Shown: positions 38,306 to 53,389, counted from the first letter of the stretch. The stretch: 64,000 nucleotides of DNA from Calcarisporiella thermophila CBS 279.70 (GCF_041956535.1 NW_027192223.1:45879-109878), one strand, 5' to 3'. Program-made: numbers and translations. The notes: generated from the sequence alone by a model not told the origin.

Positions 38306-38654
38306 TTATTCTCCCGGTGCTTTTTATATTCCTAACCCTTGTTTCGAACGCGAAACGCTCTGCAGATCGTTCAAGCCACATTTGATGTTTAACTAAACTA
38401 TTGCTTAATGCAATTTTAATGCATTTTGAAATCTGTTAAGGCTTGAACGATACTAATACAGTCGAGGATTTTTGTTTGTATCATAAAAGAAATTTGCAAT
38501 CTTTATTTATTCCAAAAACCTTTTGCTATAACTTTTATTTTAAAAATATTCTGAGAAGGCAATAAAAAAAGCGAGCAAGATAAATCGCAATACTGCGAAG
38601 TAGAAAAAAGGAATAAAATATGATTTCACTGATATGAAAGAAGTTCTAGGAATC

Positions 38655-41600
38655 TTAATATCTATTTTCGAGGTCCACTAAAATGTCAAATGAACCGGTT
38701 CCTCCTGGCACGGGTTTTCCCATCACTATTCTTGCCGATGGGGAATCTAGAGTATCATAGTCGCCATAAAGGGTTGCCTGGGTCAAGAAATGGCACGTTG
38801 TCTCAAAGCTCATCTTAAGGAATGGTGATACGTTTGATTCAATACCCATTCGGTTGAAGGGTTTGTAACCGCCTTCAAAGGTCATATAATCTGCAATTAT
38901 TGACAAGTGGCGGTGGTCAACCGAAATATGATAGGCGTCGAATACCTCTGTGATTTCACGAACTATTGCATTGCGAGCAGCTTCCACGCCATACGTGCGT
39001 AAAATAGCAGCAATGTCATTAGTGTAAATTCTGTTTACATCAAGCACATTGTCCAGCTCCCACATGCCACGGAGATTAGTGCCTTCAGCTAGGATATTGC
39101 GTTGAGTATCAGATTCGTTTTTCGGTGGAGCAATATGGCAACGAGAAATGCCTGGCACTTCACGAATAACCGTTCGATGACATACTTGCTCAACAAGTGC
39201 GAGCATAAGAATCTTGCGAGTGTCCGCTGGGAAGTGAAGTTCGATTTCACACCAGGCACCATGCATCTCGTCGAATCGATAAGCCTTAATGTAGTTGCTT
39301 GATGAGATTATCCTCTCTGCACGATCAGCCTGGAGTTTTTCAGCCTTCGCAAGACGGGCTTCCTCGTCCATTTCCTCGTCCGAGTCAGTCTCAGAATCAC
39401 CTTCCTCTCCTTCAAGCTCTCTTTCCTCTTGGGCCAATCGCTTGTCCACCGATCGGATAATTTCCTCGTCTTCCTCATCAGGAGCATCGTAGGAAGCATA
39501 TTGTTTACTCCTTGCCGCAATCTTAGCCGATGTGGCATCGCCTTCATCTTCGGAGTCGTCTTTTCTACTTGTTACAGCACGGTTGTCGTCTTCATCTTCA
39601 AGGAAGCCTGAGCTGCTCTCGTTTACAGGTTTACCTTTGCCAATCTCGTGCCCCTCGTCATCTCCACCAGCCTTTGATTTACGCTGTGCTTTTCGTAAAT
39701 CACGAACAATTGCTTGCTCAAGCTGCTTCACAAATCGACGCTCAATAGTATCTTGCACTACATCGGAAGTGACGTTGTATTCTTCACTGTATTCTTCGCG
39801 TGGGAACATGTTGAGGCGGACTGAATATATGCGTACACGGCGGTGCCCTGTCTTTGCCTGCCGTGCAGACATGCGCTCAGTAACAACCACTTCATCCATA
39901 AGATCAGCAATTGTTAGGCGACTGACATCTTTACAGAAGTTCTTTGCTTGTTCTTCTGTAATGTGCTCATGGAGAGGGAGTGTCATACGTGGGGTTTTAA
40001 TTTGTGCGCTTGCTGTCATAATAATTTCACGCAATCGAGGTATACCAAGGGTGACATTACCACCAGCACCAGCCAAATGGAAGGTGTTGAGAGTCATCTG
40101 TGTAGACGGTTCACCCACTGATTGTGCTGCTAAAAGGCCAACTGCTTCACCAGGATCTGCCATACTTTTCATATATTTGACATGCATTAGAGAGCGGAAA
40201 GATTTGGGAGCGAGGTCGCCGCGGTTTGCGCATCGATCGATTTCTCTCTTGCGGAGACTAGCAGGATCATTGTTCTCTTTATCTTCGTCGGATCTCAAGA
40301 GACGGCCTGGGTTTGTCTTGATATATTTCTCAAGAGCGGCATGGAATTTTTCCGAGACTGACCCGATGTTTCGACTTGGGTTGAATTGAGAGAGTACAGG
40401 ATCATATTTGTGTGGTTTCTTCAGCGCCTTTTTCGAATAGGAATATGCATCTTTCGTATTGACCATATCACTTTCCAGCATTGACGCAAGCTTATATTTG
40501 CTCGCTATCGCTTTACAGTTTTGAGCAGAGAAATCGAACTCGTATAAATGCGCTTGTTTCGTTACATCAAGTGAGTCTTCTCCATAATTGAACTGGAGTA
40601 CTGACCCATCCGCATCTCGAACCGTATAATCGTAGTTGACTTTCAGCCCCTCCAAATGTTTGATTAAACAACGCTGAAGATAGCCAGAACGACTTGTCTT
40701 CACAGCTGTATCGATCAAACCGACACGCCCTGCCATACAATGGAAATAATATTCCTTTGAAATTTTAAAGAAAAATTAGAACAAGAATAATCATAATTCA
40801 TAATCAAAATATTTACCTGAGGTTTAATACCAGTTAAGAATCGACCTGAAATAAAACCACCCGCACGGCCACTGGTATCATTTGGCAAGAATGAAGGCAA
40901 TGTTTTTCCGCTCACCATCACAGGTACACGACGGCCCTCGAGAGCTTGCTGCCCGAGACAGCAAGAAATTTGCGAAACATTCACACTACTCCCTTTTGCA
41001 CCTGCTGTCACCATCATTTGCATGTTGTTGTGGGGGAATTTGACCTGTAGCCCACTAGGCAGCGTCTCTTTAATTACTTTTGATTGAATTTGATTCACAG
41101 TCTGCATCATAGCCATATCATAATTCTCATGTAGATCCGGGTCGCGGAGTACCCCCTCCAACCGGCGATTGAACTCTGCCTTCAGATCAGATGGTGATGC
41201 TGTCTTGGCCATATCTTTAAGGCCAACATATTCTAATGCAGTTTCATAGCTTTCTTTCTCTGATTCTTTGAAGATTTTGTCACGTACGTTATTGCCATCC
41301 TCCTATTCATAGACCATTATTTTGTTATTATAAAATAGAAACTGGAAAAATAAATAGAATTTACCGTGAAGAGTAAATCATCCATTCTACAAGAAAATCC
41401 CGAGTGTTGCAGGTATTTCGTAAACAGTCTTCCCAGAATGCTAAGCAATTGTCCTGCCAATTCTGCACTGTACAGCTCGTAGCAAGAGTGAACAAGACCG
41501 AATTTTGATGCACCGAATTGGGATTTGTCAAGCACGCCAGTAAGCAATTCACCCTGATAGAATATAACTGTTCCCTCTTCGGGATGACCGGGCCAGAATT

Positions 41601-44307
41601 TACCATCAACTTTTGCTTTTGAACGCATATTAAGTGGGATATGGTTGACAGTGAGATTGAGTAGAATCGTGGTTAACACTTGTTTGCCTGTCCACAAGGG
41701 GCGTGGTTTGAGAATAGCCGATTCGACCGTGAGAATAGTGCGGCTACCAATGTAATCCGGATCTTCAGGGCGAAGAGCACCATAGATAAGCTGCTGGTAT
41801 TCTTCACGAGTGAAAAAGGTATCTTTTGATGTCATCCACACACCGGCGTCAACATGGTCTTGAATTAAGCCACGAAGAGGAGATCCAGAAGTCGGCACAA
41901 GATACTGCGAATCAGTATTTGCAATTAATTTCGCTTCAGCGCGCGCGATTTCATTCTGAGGAAAATGTAAATTCATCTCGTCACCGTCAAAATCAGCATT
42001 GTAAGTATTACTAAATATCGGTGAGGAAATTTGTTATCCTAATATTTAGAGTAATTAAAGTATAATATACCTACCAATTTGCATAATGCATTCGAATGGT
42101 TTTTTCTCCTGGAAGAATACGAGCACGATGTGCCATGATAGAAGGTTTATGTAAAGTGGGTTGACGATTCACTAATAGCATATCGCCATTGCGAATATGG
42201 CGATAAACCTTTTTGTTAATCGCAGAAGTTGCCGTTGGATAAAGAGCACTGCTTGAACTCCCTGATACGCTTTGTGGTGTAAGGAGCTGGTGGGCAAGAG
42301 CAATCCGTGATTCGAGACTAAGATGAGTTAAAGTTGTAAGTGACCCATCCTCATGCTGGACATGAGTTGCTCCCGGCCAGACATCAGGTCCATTTATGAT
42401 AGCTTTGCGAAGCTCCTTGACATTAAATGAAGTCACTGGCTCAGGATACGTGAGTTTTTTGGCAAACACAGGTGGTATCTATATTGAAAAAAAAAATGAA
42501 GTGAGCATGATTGTTATCAATATAATGCTTATATCAGCGCATACTCCAATCTCATTTGTCTCAATGTTGGGATCAGGCGATATCACAGAACGAGCAGCAT
42601 AATTGACACGTTTTCCCATCATATGTTTACGGAAGAGACCTTCCTTCTTTTCAAGCACTTGGCGAATACCTGTGGGAGGATTGCGTCCACGAGGGGTTGT
42701 TGTATTCTTGCTTGAATCAATGTAACCATTTACTTCTTGCTGTAGTCGAATAAATGCATCGATAAGGGATTTGTAGACAACACCCTCGTCCACTTGCTTC
42801 TCTTCTCCGTTAGATTCGCTTCGTTTGGAAAGAAGACTATTAGTGTTGCGGATTTCCTCGCATAGCGAGAGAATTTTACTAAGAAGTTCATTTTGTGGAT
42901 TTTCGAACATTTTGTCGTTCATTACTGACGGCGGGCGGAATCGTGTCGGAGATACAGGAAGTATTTCAAGAAAGAATGCATCAGCTGAGGCGAGTTTTGG
43001 TTTAGATTTACCCACCGGAGAACGAGCACCAAACATCAGAGTAGTCATTTGGTTTTCATTCTCAAAGAGAAGCTTCAAATGGCCCTTAACGTGCATAGAC
43101 GTAAGATATTTAGACGACTCGGTGACATCTTCATCGATATCTATTGAATTTTCCTTATGAGCCACCTCGACTGTCTCCTCATTATCATCGGCGGATCCCT
43201 CAATTTCCTCGTCGATATCCATTATATCCTCGTTATTCCGCCTTGATGATAGTTTACTATTGGTCAAGAGCACATTCCGCTCTTTCATGCCCAATGCCTC
43301 CACATAAAGCCTCTGCTTTTTATTCAATGGAAGCTGGAAAATCTTAACAAATCCATCTTTACGCAGAGCATATGCGGGACTATAATAGATTTGAGCAACA
43401 TTTAAGTTGAGAATATAGAGAAAAAAATAGTTATATACTTACGCTTTACAATTTTCGCATTTCTTTTTTGCGAGAGCTCGTTTCATAAACTCACTTATGA
43501 CTTTTTTGCGTTCATCTGTCACTACAGTTACCTTGTAAGACATGTCCGAGGATGCGTTATTTTTTATGGCATGCTTTACAAATGCATCTGTAAAAAGAAA
43601 TTAGTTAGTGATGAAATATTTATTTATTGGCTATCGACTGGTACTAACCTAACTTTCTAATATAGTTCTCTCCATCCATTCCTTCTTCCTCAGCCTCATC
43701 TTCGGCGTCCAGCTCCATTTCTTCTCCTCTTTGCTTCATTTTCTCCGCTGATATTGGAATTCCATCTATCCTATTAGCCTCAACCACCAGACCGCGATCA
43801 AGTAATATTAATTTCGATATATAACGATGTAACTAAAAAATTAAGGAGATGAATAATTTTTACAAAATATTCTGACATAATTAGAATTTATACCTCTGGC
43901 CTGGACATACGGAAATGATGACAATTCCAACAAGTGGATCGTAGTAATGAAAACATTTGATTAAAAAACAACGGGTTGTATACGGGGGTTGGAAGTTCAA
44001 TGTGACCAAAATGTCCTGGACATGAAAAGTGATCGAGTGTACATGTTGCACAACTAATAGAAGACAATTGCATGAAATTTATGATAATTTTTTGTAATCC
44101 TTTAAATTGTGTAAACACTCACACATGGCTCTTGCTGAATGGTCCTAGTGCAGGGTCGTAAAGCCCGCCCTTAGTGGGGTGCATTAAATTGTCAAAGATT
44201 ACAGGGTTGATGATCTGCTTGACAGATATCTTCTTGATCTCCTCGGAGTCATATAATGAGAAGGAGACCGAGGAGATCTCTGATCCCACCGGGCGGGCGA
44301 TATTCAT
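38655..44307 (-). CDS. RPA190: RNA polymerase I largest subunit, multi-exon
   Basis: [94 protein letters not shown] and the Pol I acidic expander. Confidence 0.98.
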
Positions 44308-45201
44308 GTTTGCAAAAAAAACGAATGAATTCGTTAAATGTCTGTTGAAACTGAATAATGTAATAAAAGCGGTCCTACAAACAATAAACAAATCTAAGCC
44401 ACTAATCTCGTGACGTTATCAAGTTCAGTCGTTTCCTATTACTTCAAATATACCATAGGTCTTGCAATCGAAGGATTCAAATTCTCACAAACTGTTATAT
44501 ATACTGTACATTAGTCTTCCTTTAATAAAATCTTTCGTTGAATGTTGATAATTCAGGTACACTATTTTCACACGTATTTACACACTTGATATACAAGAAA
44601 AGATTAAGTATTCAAAAATCCGACTTTTATCTAAAATATCTCTCTGTTTTGGGCTAGGGAGTTCATTGTAGCAATTATAAAGATTACTGGAATATGTTAA
44701 TATGTGATAAGTTGAATTAGTAAATTTCTCTTAATCCAGTTCACGCTTAATGATAATGGTGCAAACTACAATACTATTTGGCCTAATTAAGCCAAAATTA
44801 ATTTTGAATAATAACTATAAAAAAAATCAATATTTAATTCTTTGATTCTAATCGTTAGAATGCATATTTTTTACTTTGATTGTGATGTTATTAAATTCTA
44901 TTTTGATTATTATCTGGATAAATAAGAGATGTTGTGAAGCTTTCGAATTCCTAACTCCCACCATTGTAGTGCTATATTAATATTTTGAGAAAACCTCTTT
45001 CCGCAAAATATAAAAATGCTTTTCTTACGGAAATACCACCTAATTTATGCAATTCGATTGTAAATATAATGGTAATTGCCACCTCTCCTTTCATCCTAGT
45101 TGATGATTAATTGTGGCTTGGCATTTAATTCTTGTAAACATGAATCATAATTAATATTGATATTGTATAAATCGCAAGTATTTTTTCTTTCTTAGTATTG
45201 C

Positions 45202-47291
45202 ATGCATTTTTTGCGCTCGATTCTACTCAGACGATTCGTACCAAATAACATAGGAAATTTCCTTCATACATCGAGAATAATTTCTTTCAGAATGACTATG
45301 TCTCAAATTCCGCAGATCCCAGGCACGGATCCCGAATGTAATGTCATGGATATATTCCGCAACATGCTTGCAAAACAAGTAGCAGAGCTTGCGGATGTGA
45401 CACCGGAGAAGGTGGTTGAATGTATTGATTTTCCTCGACAACCTGAGCATGGAGATCTGGCAATTGCAGTCCCTCGTTTGAGACTCAAAGGAAATCCAAC
45501 GCAAATAGCCAAAGATTTGGTTGAAAAGGTAAATAGTACTTTCCAATTTCTTAACCACAATGGATGGAAATTTTAATCACTTTTTATTTTATTAGTTTGT
45601 CCCAAATGACTACATTACCAGTGCCTCTTGCATTAGCGCTTTCGTTAACTTTTCTATCTCGAAGCCCCTGCTCTCGCAATTGACTCTCTCTTCTGTTATA
45701 AAGCGCGGTGAAGATTTTGGAAAGAATCGATCTGGCGAAGGCAAAACTGCATTAGTTGAATTTTCATCTCCTAATATTGCCAAACCTTTCCACGCCGGAC
45801 ATCTCCGCGGTACCATTATTGGTTCGTTTGTAGTCAATGCTTTGAAGGCAAATGGATGGAAGACAATCAGTATGAATTATTTGGGAGATTGGGGAAAGCA
45901 ATATGGTATGATATTAAATGAAATGTGAAATACAAAAGATGTACTTATATTCTCTTGTGATTAGGACTTCTCGCTGTTGGATTTGAACGACACGGTTCTG
46001 AGGAGGCACTTGAAAAAGATCCTATTCATCACCTGTATGAGGTCTACGTTAAAATTAATGTAAGTTGTGCTGGAATTTTATTGATTTACTCAAAATATCC
46101 TGATTTCGCTTTAATTAGGCTGATGCGGAAAAAGATCCATCCATTCATGACGAGGCACGGGCATACTTCAAGCAAATGGAAGATGGTACTGTATAGTTAC
46201 TGCTTGGATTTTAATTTGGATGCTAACTTTAATTCTCTCTTTTTATCACAGGCGACGAGAAGGCTCTTTCTTTATGGCGTAAATTCCGCGATTTCTCTAT
46301 TGATAAATACAGGTCGACCTATGCTGCGCTTAATGTTTGTTATGATGTATACTCGGGCGAGTCGCAAGTCCCTCGTGAGACAATTGAGCGTGCTCTTGGT
46401 GAGCTTGAAGAAAAAGGATTGCTTAAGGACTCCGATGGTGCAAAAATTGTTGAGCTTGAAAAATACAAACTGTCCAACTGCGTTGTTAAGAAAAAAGATG
46501 GAACCTCCCTCTATATTACTCGTGATATTGGAGCTGCTATTGATCGTTACGAGAAATTCAAGTTCGATCAAATGTTTTATATAGTCGGTTCACCACAGGA
46601 TCTGCATCTAAAACAACTATTTAAGATTCTTGAGCTTCTTGGATACGAATGGGCTTCGCGCTGCACACACATCAATTTTGGTTTGATCACCGGTATGTCA
46701 ACGCGCAAAGGTACTGTAGTATTCCTTGACGATATTCTTGAACAAACGAAAGAGACTATGCACTCAGTAATGCGCAGGAATGAGCGTAAATATGCGCAGA
46801 TTGAAAACCCTGATGCAGTTGCTGAGCAAATTGGTGTTAGCGCCGTATTCGTCCAGGATATGTCTGCTCGTCGTATCAAGAATTATGAATTTGATTGGCA
46901 ACGATGCTTCTCCTTTGAAGGAGATACTGGTGCCTATCTACAGTATGCGCATGCTCGAATGTGCTCAATAGAAAGGAATGCTGGCTTCCCTGTAAATTTT
47001 GAAGCTGACTACGTTAATTTGGTGCAAGAGCCCGTTGCTATAGAGCTTGTGAGCATGCTTGCTCAGTATCCTGATTTGGTTCGCTCATTAACCAAGGCAT
47101 TTGAGCCTTGTAACGTGATCACGTATGCGATGAAGCTTAGCCACTTGGTGTCAACATGTTTGGAGTCCCTTTGGGTACAGGGTCAAGAGAGGCCGCTCGC
47201 CGAGGCTCGGTTATTGCTCTACTATTGCGCTCGTTTGACACTAGGAAATGCAATGCGATTGGTTGGAATGCGCCCCTTAGAGAGGATGTAA
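45202..47291 (+). CDS. Arginyl-tRNA synthetase, multi-exon, probable dual cytosolic/mitochondrial starts
   Basis: VEFSSPNIAKPFHAGHLRGTIIG (HIGH), NYLGDWGKQYG, DGTSLYITRD, GMSTRKG (KMSKS equivalent) and YLQYAHAR. Confidence 0.96.
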
Positions 47292-47450
47292 AAAAAGAGG
47301 CTACAGAGTTTCATAAAATAGAGATCTTATTTGGTATACACTGCATTAACTTCAATTAAAATAAAATCTATTGTATACGATTTCCCGGATTCAACTCGAG
47401 ATCAAAATTTTATGTTTATTTAAAGGCTTTTAGTGGCATATATCTAATAT

Positions 47451-49101
47451 TTATTTTTGAGGCTCGGATCCTAGGCCACCAACAGGCGGTGGCACTCCTT
47501 GAGTCATAAGTTGCCAAGCCGTCAATTTCATTTCTTTCATCTGCTTCTCCTGCTGTTCGCGCTGCTGCCGCCATTCTTCTTCTACGGCTGCTTGCATCTG
47601 CTCGTGTTCACGGGCAAATGTTTCACGGTGTTGTCGTCGCAGCATTTGTAAGTAGGATTCAGGAGGACGTTCTTCTTGCTCTCCAGCAGAATGTCCAGAC
47701 AAACCACCTAACAGGCTACCAAGGCCTCGCTTTTCTGAACGCTTCTTCTTTTCTTCTTCCCATTCGCGGCGAAGTTTTTCATCCCATAGACGCTCACGAC
47801 GCGCATATTCTATCGGAATATCCGTATTCTCGAAAGATTTGAGGGTTGGACGAACATCTTGGATACCAGTCAATGCAAGAGCTTAACATGGAAAAATGAA
47901 AGTGTCATTCAAGTGGACAATTTTTTAGTCTATGCAGCTATTCAATTATTACCTTCGAGGAAGGGAATCATGTCTAACAATCCAGTATCATTTGGGTCGC
48001 CTTTCCATGGCTTCATTGGAATTGCATTTTCTGGTTGTAGACTATAAGAGTCGGGATTAGAATCCATAATAATGACCTTTGAGAGATCACGATTTAGACA
48101 AGAAAGATCCTATTAAAAATAAATTTTTTTATTAGCACATTATTCCAACTTGTGATCATCAAAAAAATTCAACATACCTTCACAACTTTGCCATTAGCAT
48201 AGCGTGTCGCTTCTCTAAATAGTTTATACATCGCATAGTTATAGGGATCAAGTTTTTCAACGATTGGGATAGCGGTGAAGGCTTGTTGCGAAGTAAATAT
48301 CACGATTTCGTAAAATTGGCTAAGGTAGGCAAGGAAATAGTCAACTCCTGGTCGCTTAGCTGTTCGCCATCCGTGCTGTTTGTCCCAAGTAGAGTAAACA
48401 AGCGTCTCATCCAAGTTAATTACGAGTGTAAGAGGGCGTTGATATGGCTCAGGGAGCGGGTCAGGCAATAGCTTATCCCACGCCGGGTTGCTGAAGAACT
48501 TAGAGACAAAAAAAAAAAAGGAAAAAGAGAATAAGTAAATAGGGTTAAATCAGAATGTAATAAAAAGAAATAATGAATTTCCGCTGATTATTATTTTACC
48601 TCTTCAAAATCATGTATACGTTTCTTCATGCGTTGGATGTGAGCTGACAAAGTATTGAGATTGGAAAAAGGTGCTTCCTCTTCACCCTCAAAAGGACGGC
48701 CTAACAAATATTATATTGTAAGTAGAAATTCTTAATTATCATTATTTCAACAGATATATACCAAAATACATGACACTTCCTACGCAGGTTGAAACAAGAA
48801 AACCGCAAGAAAAGGCCCAAATCTTCCATTTGCGATTATCGCTTCCGGGTGCTCGCGCAGGCTTCTTTGGGTTTCTAGGTACGGTAGCCTTTGTTACTGT
48901 TGTCTGTCCAGTCTTCTGAGCTAATGCTTCAGCAGCCAGTCCAGTGACAGAATTAAGATTTTGGGGGGATTGTGAGGTTTGATCAGCAAAATTGCGAGAA
49001 AAAATAGAGGATCGTAGGGGTGCCACAGGTGATCGCAATAAAGGACGTGCAAAGAGACGTGATACCACACGTCCTGCAAAAGGTACTGCCAGATTTGCCA
49101 T
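47451..49101 (-). CDS. TIM50: Mitochondrial import subunit Tim50, multi-exon
   Basis: Presequence, single [76 protein letters not shown]. Confidence 0.96.
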
Positions 49102-49414
49102 GGAAGCCGAGGAAATTTGCTTGACAGTCAATATTGAAAAAATAAAAATTTCCAAAATATAAACGTGTAAATATGAGGTCATCGAAACCACAATAAATTT
49201 GTTCAAGCAGTTCTAAATATTAAATTTTGAAAACCAAGTATATAAAAAATCGAAGACATTGATAATACATTTACTTCACATAATTTAATTCAACTCTGAA
49301 AGACTTTTTATTTCAAAGAAATATAGATTACAAGAAAAGCTATAAGGCATACACTTCCTGGACTCAGATACTCTTATTTTTGACCATACCGACACAAATG
49401 CGGGTATATAAACT

Positions 49415-50047
49415 TTAGTCGCTCTCACTAATGATTAACCAGCATATTATTCACTAATTGTCATACTAAGAGTATACATATTTAAAATTACCTATCGTCA
49501 TCCGCGATCCGTGCCCGCTTAAGGCTTGCGATCTCGTTTTTGACTGCAGCTGATAGCTTAAAAGTCCCATCAAGTTTAGCGACCGTATGAGATTTGGATT
49601 TAGCGTATTGGATTTCCTAAATATGTTTGAAAATAAGTCTCATAATAAGAAAAATCAATAGTAGTACAAATGGATTCTTTACTATTGTCTTGTCATAAAA
49701 TTTGAAACCATTCAATCCCCTCATGGCCGCCGTAGCGGAAGCAATATCGTTAAAAACGATAAATGCCTTGAAATGAAGAGGGAAATTAGCATACTTAGAT
49801 TAAAACCAAACGATTTTGTCGAACTATTACCTGACCCCGCATCTTCAAAGTCTTCATTGCAACAATATCTAGGACACGCCCATATGCTGAAAATAAGTGG
49901 TATAAAGATCTTTTGAGATCTGAGAAAATAAATAAATAAGTACAAATCTTAGCTCAATCAAAAAATCAATATCTTTTGACCTTCTTTATGGATTTTTTCC
50001 GGAAGATGATGTATATATAAAGTTTGATTTGGCGCTGGACCGGACAT
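49415..50047 (-). CDS. MSL1: U2 snRNP B'' / SNF-family single-RRM protein, 5 exons
   Basis: [17 protein letters not shown]|[30 protein letters not shown]|AFIVF..FYDKTI|EIQYAKSKS. The DIVAxKT loop is U2B''-type. Confidence 0.85.
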
Positions 50048-50105
50048 GATCGTATTGCAATCAATTAAAACCAAAATCTTTTCTTTTCTTTCTCTATGAC
50101 ATTGA

Positions 50106-50113
50106 CAGTCACA
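50106..50113 (-). promoter_or_regulatory. HomolD-type box upstream of the U2B'' gene
   Basis: CAGTCACA exact, about 60 nt before the ATG. Confidence 0.6.
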
Positions 50114-50234
50114 CGCTGCGGCACAAACACAAATATTAAAGTTCACACATGAAATAATAGGCTCAGCTCAAAATTTTCCATTATACCAAATTGAAAAAAG
50201 TTCAAACGTTTTATATTTAAAAAGATAACCCTTT

Positions 50235-53200
50235 TCAATTTTTGAAATAAGTAGCAAGAGGAAAACGCTCACTCCCCATCAATTTCACCTCGTTGGCACA
50301 ATCGGCATGTTTCAAAATTCCATTAGAAAGCGACGAGTGTGCAGCAATCCAATCTCTAAGGGCCTCGTTCCTAGTTGTAGTTGAGGTCCGCATTGCATTA
50401 ACCAGCAAACTGGCAGCCTCATCCCGGCTGGTATTATCCAATATCACCTTGGCTTCTACACCTGCAATTACCCTCGCAATCGAAACATTGGCAGATTCGA
50501 TGGCGGATTTAATATATTGGGCGTTTGTTTCAATAATATCCCTATTGCCAAGAAGCTTGGGCAATTCTAGCTCTACAACTTTGATGACCGCAGGTGAAAG
50601 ATGCTCTTTAACCGAAGAATAGGCAACATGAAACCGTGCTAAGTTGCGATGATAAGATGGGTATTCTTGGTCGATGCGAGAAGCTGAGATAAGCGACTTC
50701 AATGCCAACAAGAACCGTCCTGGATATAGAAAATAGGTTATTCATAAAGTCTATGTAAAAAACTTAAATGTTAATTGTAGTCATGAATAATTAGCACTTA
50801 CTCTGACGAATATAAATTTCAAAACTCATCAACCATGTTTCCATTCGTTTAGGCGCCAATTCTTGCACAGGCCGCAAAAACTTTAGTGCGTCACCCAAAG
50901 GATCTTCTGTTTTAGCAAGCTTGGCTCCGTTTGGATCATCGTCCGTTTGGCGGGTGGACGTTTGAATTCCAGCCTTCTTACCATCTTGCTGTGAGGCTTT
51001 CTTTGCCTCAGCCTCTTTTTGGGCTTTAAGCTCTGCCTTTCGTAACTTATTGCGCACTTTTTTCTTCTCTGATTCGGTCATGTTTGCTAGAGTATTAGTA
51101 AAGTCATTAGCATTGATTCGTTGCACTGGAGGACTTAAGGCGAAAAGTTACCAAAATCTATGGAATCCTTATCGGATTTCATTGCATCCGGTCGATCAAA
51201 TAAGGTTAAATAGCATTCAACTACTCCTTCCACTGCACGCAGATAGTAAGGGTGGGATCTGAGCTGATCCTCCAGTCGTAACATGGAAATATAGGCGCGC
51301 ATTGTTACTTTGCGTAAACAATAAGTATGGAAGTCAAACTGATCGTCCTGGATATCCGCAAAATGGCGCTCAATTTGATAGAAGCGTTTTAAAGCTCGCC
51401 CAAACTGCCCTTGACGGAGATAGCTGAGTCCAGATTCAAGTGCGAACCACATGCACTGCATATCAACAAGATCCTGAAGACGATCCGGAATATCTTGCTA
51501 TAAATCCCCAAAGACAATAGAGATGCGTTAAATATTTAATAGCGGTTTTTTAAACCTCAATCAAGTATAACGGTAAAACCTTAGTAAATAGCACAACAGT
51601 GTTCTCAGCTTCCTCGGTTTCGTTGTTTCTGAGTAAATATTTGACACACTTAGAATTGATGAAGCGGTCCTGCAAATCAAGTTCGCGCGCGTCGTTCATC
51701 ACACGCACAGCGCCTGACAGATCTCCTCCGTGCTTAAGAATGCGTCCTTTAGTCATATGTAATTCGACTAAGGTGGGAGTGTGGGCAATTGCTTCGTCAA
51801 TTAGCTCGAGTGCCCGAAGGGTTTCGCCTTTAAGGTCGTGGTGCTGTGCAAGGAAATAGAGAATCCACAGGTATGTAGTTGGTGGCTCCTTATTTCCCTC
51901 ACCTAGATATGGTGATAGGTTAAGTTATATATAAAAGAAAAATATTTACTGAAGTTTACCTGCTGTGGCCGAAAATGCTCCGTTTTCTTTTATATTTTTC
52001 AAATATTCATACATCAGCGTTTCAATTGTCGCAGATTTATCCGAATCCTGATACAATTTCTTTAGGTTCACAAACAATGAAGGGACACCTTTGCGCAGAG
52101 CATTCCGTAAATAATCATCAATCATAGACGTGAATTGTTCTCCGTTGGTATAGTCAAGCGGAAATCGGCGGAGAAGATTTGATCTTGGAAACTTAGGGAG
52201 TAGCTCCGAAATATAACTGACTAACTTCTCTGGTTCTTCTCGAGGATGAGTGCCTTTGCATTTCAGGATCCCATCGAGATAAGCGTGGCAATCTGGGTTT
52301 TCGTGGAAGAGAATAAAATACATTTTCTCTGCCTCCTCTAGCTTATTTAGGGCCAAAAGGTACTCCGCTAAAAAATAATGTAATATTGATTATTTCATTT
52401 AAAATTTCGATAGATTGTGAACAAATTACCTTTTTTCTCTTTCCAAGCTCGTTTGTCACAGATAGAACCTTCGATGTGGTTAAGATGCTTAAGCGCAGCT
52501 TCATAGTCTCCACTCTCACCGATGACCATGTTGTGGTACATCAGTAGCTCGCTATGTTCGAAGTCGTAGGGCTTCACAGTTTCCTAAAATGAGAAATTGA
52601 GAATATACTTTAAATTTTAAAGAGCCATTTTAGCTAGTGGTAAAATAAAGATATGAACCTTTAAACTTTCTTCGTATGACTGCAATACTTTTGCAGCCAT
52701 GTCATATTTTCCTAGCAGATGATATGAGACTGCCAGGCCAATCCAAAAGGGTCGATTTTGCGGACGGAGCTGCAAGAGCTGATGCCGAGTATCCTAAAAA
52801 AGGTCGATAAGATAATAAGGCAAAGACAGAAAGTGTACACAAAATTGTTTCAGTTTTACATTATACGCCTCGTAATTACGCATCTGTATTTGCAACAAAG
52901 AGAAATCTCTTAATATTTGCAAATTGTCCTTATCGTATTTGAGTGCATGCGTGTAACATTTGGCAGCCTCCTCATAATTTTTGTCTGCACGATATAATAG
53001 CCCAAATACGTGCCAACAAATGTGCGAAGTTAGATCACATCGTAGCCCTTTACGCACAAAGTCGTAGGCCTCCTCCTTGCGATCGAGATGGCTGAAGAAA
53101 AGCCCTTTCATTGCAAGAGTTTCTTAAGAGAAAGATGTTAGTGTAAGCATAAAAAAAAAATTTGAATTAATGGTGCAGTTTTTTACCTCCGTGATCGGGG

Positions 53201-53389
53201 AACTTTTTCAGAATCTGCTCAGCGGCCTTAAGACCTTTCTTGTATTGCTTATGTTCATATTGTTTCTACATAGTAATTTTGCAGATCGTATTTAACCGAT
53301 TATGTGGAATTTGGCAAGATTGAGGAAAGGACTAAAATTACCAGAATGGTCTTGAAAAGAGCCGCTTCTTTCGGAGGTAGTTCCTTCAT
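50235..53389 (-). CDS. NAT1: NatA auxiliary subunit Naa15, multi-exon
   Basis: [90 protein letters not shown]. Confidence 0.96.

Noticed and set aside
39532-40389. 285-aa plus-strand ORF, and many other 60-160 aa antisense ORFs
   Set aside because: They lie opposite well-conserved genes (here RPA190) and have Ser/Arg-rich shadow composition.
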